Of a stretch of 46,152 bases of DNA, positions 43,807 to 46,152 are shown in pieces. Under the pieces are notes generated by a model. It was not told where the DNA came from and ran no database searches. It saw nothing but the letters and a program-made list of their open reading frames with translations. The first letter of the stretch is position 1. Each line of letters begins with the position of its first letter. The DNA comes from Deltaproteobacteria bacterium (GTDB lineage Bacteria; Myxococcota_A; UBA9042; DTJE01). The position numbers and the translations under genes are program-made. The stretch is taken from contig JADHTP010000002.1 of assembly GCA_016784945.1 (NCBI GenBank), positions 1-46,152 of the forward strand, written 5' to 3'.

Positions 43807-44634
43807 TCATCGACCCGCCGATACCAGGATGTCGTCCGCCAGTTTCAGCGCCGCCCGGACTGCGGCCGGACCGGGTCGCAGGAGGGCGTGGTCGGCAAAG
43901 CTCAGGACCCGTCCCTCGCGGGCCGCCCGAATCCCGCCAGCCGCCATGGAGCCCTCCAGATCGCCCGCCTCCACGGCGCCGTCCAGGAGGACGTCGGGGT
44001 CGGCTCGCAGCATCTGTTCCAGGGACCACGTGGGGTAGGGGATTCTTTGAGCCGTGACTACGTTTTCCACACCCATCCTTTCCAGCAGGTCCCCGATGAA
44101 CGAGGCTCGCGACGCCACCACCAGGGGATTTCGGCCGGCCACGAAAAGGACCTTGACCGGTGGGTTCGTCCGGGCGCGGTCCCGCAGGTCGTCGAAGTCC
44201 TTTTCCAGTGTGCGCACCAGTCGATCGGCCCGCTCGCCACGGTTCAGCGCCCGCCCCAGGGCCCGGATCCCGGGCACCACCGATTCGGCCGTGTCGAAGT
44301 CCAGTACCAGGGTGTCCGCGCCGGCCTTTGACAGCAGGTCCGCCAGGTGTCCCCGAAGCACCTTCGGGGAACCGATCACCAGGTCGGGACGCGTGGCCAG
44401 GACGGCCTCGGAGGACACGTCCAGGATCCCCCCGACCCGGGGGATGCGCCGGGCCGCTGCGGGCCGATCGCAGTACCGGGTGGCGCCCACCAGGTGGTCG
44501 CCCAGGCCCAGGTCGAAGATGATCTCCGTGGCGTTCGGGATCAGTGACACCACGCGAGGGCCCCCCACGTCCGTCCGTTCGGCGGGGCGCGCGCAGGCCG
44601 TGGCCAGAAACAGGCACAGCAGAATCGACTTCAC
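43807..44634 (-). CDS. Periplasmic substrate-binding protein (BtuF / Peripla_BP_2-type)
   Basis: Matching blocks are RVVSLIPNATEIIFDLGLGDHLVGATRYCD and RPDLVIGS. The N terminus is signal/lipobox-like (LFLATAC). The GTG start overlaps the upstream stop (GTGA). Confidence 0.9.
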   Translation of the reverse strand: MKSILLCLFLATACARPAERTDVGGPRVVSLIPNATEIIFDLGLGDHLVGATRYCDRPAAARRIPRVGGILDVSSEAVLATRPDLVIGSPKVLRGHLADLLSKAGADTLVLDFDTAESVVPGIRALGRALNRGERADRLVRTLEKDFDDLRDRARTNPPVKVLFVAGRNPLVVASRASFIGDLLERMGVENVVTAQRIPYPTWSLEQMLRADPDVLLDGAVEAGDLEGSMAAGGIRAAREGRVLSFADHALLRPGPAAVRAALKLADDILVSAGR

Positions 44635-45821
44635 TGGGCGACCCGGAGGATGGAACCGCTGTCCGGGTCCACCTCGTACAGGGCATTGGTGCTGAAACCG
44701 GTCACGTAAAGGACCGTGGAACCGTCCTTGTCGGCCACGGTCAGTTCGTAGGGATTGGTGCCGGGTTCGAAGATCGCCACCCTGCCCAGGCTTTCCCGGG
44801 ACGAGATGGTCATGGCGGTCACGTTGTTGTTCCCGGAATTCACCACGTAGAGCGTGTCCCCGTGGACCGCCAGACGATTGGGGTAGGTTTCGGTATTCAG
44901 CAGGAATTCAACGCCGGCCTGACCCATGGCCGTGGTCACGCCCTGGACGACGCTGGCCAGGCCCAGCAGGACGAACAGGTCGGGTACACCCGTGTCCCGG
45001 TAGACCATGTGGAGCACGCCGTCCATGTTGCCGGTCTTGCCGGCGTCGATGACCTGGAAGGGGTTCGTGGCCTTCAGGTCCGTGGAGGTGTCCACGGCGA
45101 AGACCTGATCGCGGTTGAAGCTGCCGGCGAAGATCACCTCGTCCGGACCCGTGGCTACGGCGATGGAGTCGGTGGAGGCGAGGTCACCCAGCACGATGGG
45201 GTCGATGGCCCCGCGCAGGACCTTGTTGGTTTCCAGGTCCACCTTGAACAGGGCGGCCGTGGTGCCGCTGCCTGCGTAGGCGAACTGTCCGTCGGCGCTG
45301 AACGCCAGGCTCGACGGGTAGCCCACCAGGGGATTGCCCGTGGACCGGGGGAGCTGGATCACGGTCTGGGGCGCGAAGGCCGTGGCGGCGGTGGGCACGT
45401 CGATCGCCTCAAGGGAACCGTCGGACGTGGGGGTGACCAGCTTCTTGGCGTCGTCGTAGTCCGTGGTCCCCGAGCAGAGCACATAGACCTTGTCGTCATG
45501 GGCGATGAGGGCCTGGGGGTTCCGCTGGGTGGTTGTGACCTTGTTGACCACCGCGAAGTCCGACTGGCGGACCACCGTCACGAAGCCCGTTCCATAGCTG
45601 CCGTCAGACCCGTCGAAGGCCGTGTTGGCCACGAACACGTAGCCGCCGCTTGCCACCACGCCCTCGGGCCCGTGGAAGTCCCAGGTCGACGGGTCCTCCA
45701 CCTCGGACACGGTGGTGTCCAGGGGATCGGTGACGTCAACGCTCTTGTCGTCCTCCAGCAGGCAGCCCTGCCAGGCCAGGAAGGAGGCCGCCAGGACCAG
45801 TGGAACTCGATGAAGCAGCAT
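44631..45821 (-). CDS. Beta-propeller (YncE/YVTN-like) lipoprotein
   Basis: The ATG at 45821 is preceded by AAGGGGG. The signal is LVLAASFLAWQGC. Blades of the type (L/V)YV.n...n.v..id recur (LYVVNSGNNNVTAMTIS, LYVTGFSTNALYEVDPDSG, FAYAGSGTTAALFKVDLETNKV). Confidence 0.65.
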   Translation of the reverse strand: MLLHRVPLVLAASFLAWQGCLLEDDKSVDVTDPLDTTVSEVEDPSTWDFHGPEGVVASGGYVFVANTAFDGSDGSYGTGFVTVVRQSDFAVVNKVTTTQRNPQALIAHDDKVYVLCSGTTDYDDAKKLVTPTSDGSLEAIDVPTAATAFAPQTVIQLPRSTGNPLVGYPSSLAFSADGQFAYAGSGTTAALFKVDLETNKVLRGAIDPIVLGDLASTDSIAVATGPDEVIFAGSFNRDQVFAVDTSTDLKATNPFQVIDAGKTGNMDGVLHMVYRDTGVPDLFVLLGLASVVQGVTTAMGQAGVEFLLNTETYPNRLAVHGDTLYVVNSGNNNVTAMTISSRESLGRVAIFEPGTNPYELTVADKDGSTVLYVTGFSTNALYEVDPDSGSILRVAQ

Positions 45822-45829
45822 GTTCACCC

Positions 45830-45890
45830 CCTTGCAGGGCCGGCCTGCCCAGACCGGCCCCAGGCGCGCGTGGGTACGCGCGCCCTACAA
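45830..45890. repeat. REP-like palindromic element, copy C (61 bp, family orientation on the minus strand)
   Basis: The minus strand reads TTGTAGGG-CGCGCGT-ACCC-ACGCGCG-CC-T-GGGCCGG-TCTGGGCAGG-CCGGCCC-TGCAAGG. It fills the whole spacer between the TonB-receptor stop and the propeller gene. Confidence 0.7.
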
Positions 45891-46152
45891 AAAGAACCTC
45901 AAGGTTCCGTAAAAGGCCCGACCCGGAAGAGGATACTGCAGAGTATCTATTGCGTCACGCTTGTCCAGGAGGTTGTGGACGTCCAGGGACAGGGTGACGT
46001 ACGGGTGCGGGATCAACTCGATCCGAGCATCCAGGATGGCCCTGAATTCCTCCGAAAGGGACTCGTACCGGTCCAGGTAGAAGGCCGACTGCCCGCGGAC
46101 CCGGGCCCCGATCCGGATCCAGCCCTTCTCGAAGACCACTTCGCCGGCCCCG
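45885..46152 (-). CDS. C-terminal end of a probable TonB-dependent outer-membrane receptor (5' part off-window)
   Basis: The frame is open to the window edge. The final strands read HNLLDKRDAIDTLQYPLPGRAFYGTLRFFL. The gene sits next to BtuF/C/D-type genes. Confidence 0.6.
   Translation of the reverse strand, partial: GAGEVVFEKGWIRIGARVRGQSAFYLDRYESLSEEFRAILDARIELIPHPYVTLSLDVHNLLDKRDAIDTLQYPLPGRAFYGTLRFFL

Overview
This is a 46.2-kb high-GC (about 60-65% by eye) bacterial chromosomal segment. The protein architectures (a MopE-type Cys-rich repeat giant, an LTD/P-domain giant lipoprotein, a kinase-FGE fusion and a Lol-like ABC cluster) suggest a Myxococcota/Desulfobacterota-type lineage, but taxonomy cannot be proven from this window. 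Contents from left to right: (1) the 3' 5 kb of a giant tandem-repeat secreted protein (+), with a frameshifted small gene coupled to its stop; (2) a minus-strand six-gene operon of TetR, LolA-like protein, two FtsX permeases, ABC ATPase and beta-barrel OMP; (3) a gene-free, hairpin-rich stretch; (4) a minus-strand block abutting tRNA-Gly(CCC), made of an orphan RHH-like ORF, a CocE/NonD C-terminal remnant, a C45/NTN-like protein, an OMP and a frameshifted small gene; (5) an NCS2/AzgA-like permease; (6) a low-GC four-helix-bundle (23S-IVS-type) gene bracketed by inverted heptamer arrays; (7) ssb and aspartate kinase; (8) a plus-strand translationally coupled trio (DRG-like GTPase, isochorismatase::TrxR/FNR-like fusion, RlmN/Cfr-like radical SAM enzyme), followed by a membrane pseudokinase-FGE protein and purB-purS-purQ-purL; (9) a 3064-aa Cys-rich lipoprotein (-) and a small lipoprotein (+); (10) a minus-strand TonB-receptor / beta-propeller lipoprotein / BtuF-BtuC-BtuD-type uptake locus that runs off the right edge. 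I saw no rRNA, CRISPR array, transposase, integrase or recognisable defence genes. The most noteworthy observations are: (i) a REP-like palindromic element family (3 copies) with stem covariation and an invariant ACCC loop; (ii) the heptamer-bracketed four-helix-bundle cassette; (iii) the GTPase / FNR-like / radical-SAM module with atypical catalytic motifs; (iv) two giant disulfide-rich surface proteins. All functional calls come from by-eye motif recognition, and no database search was run.
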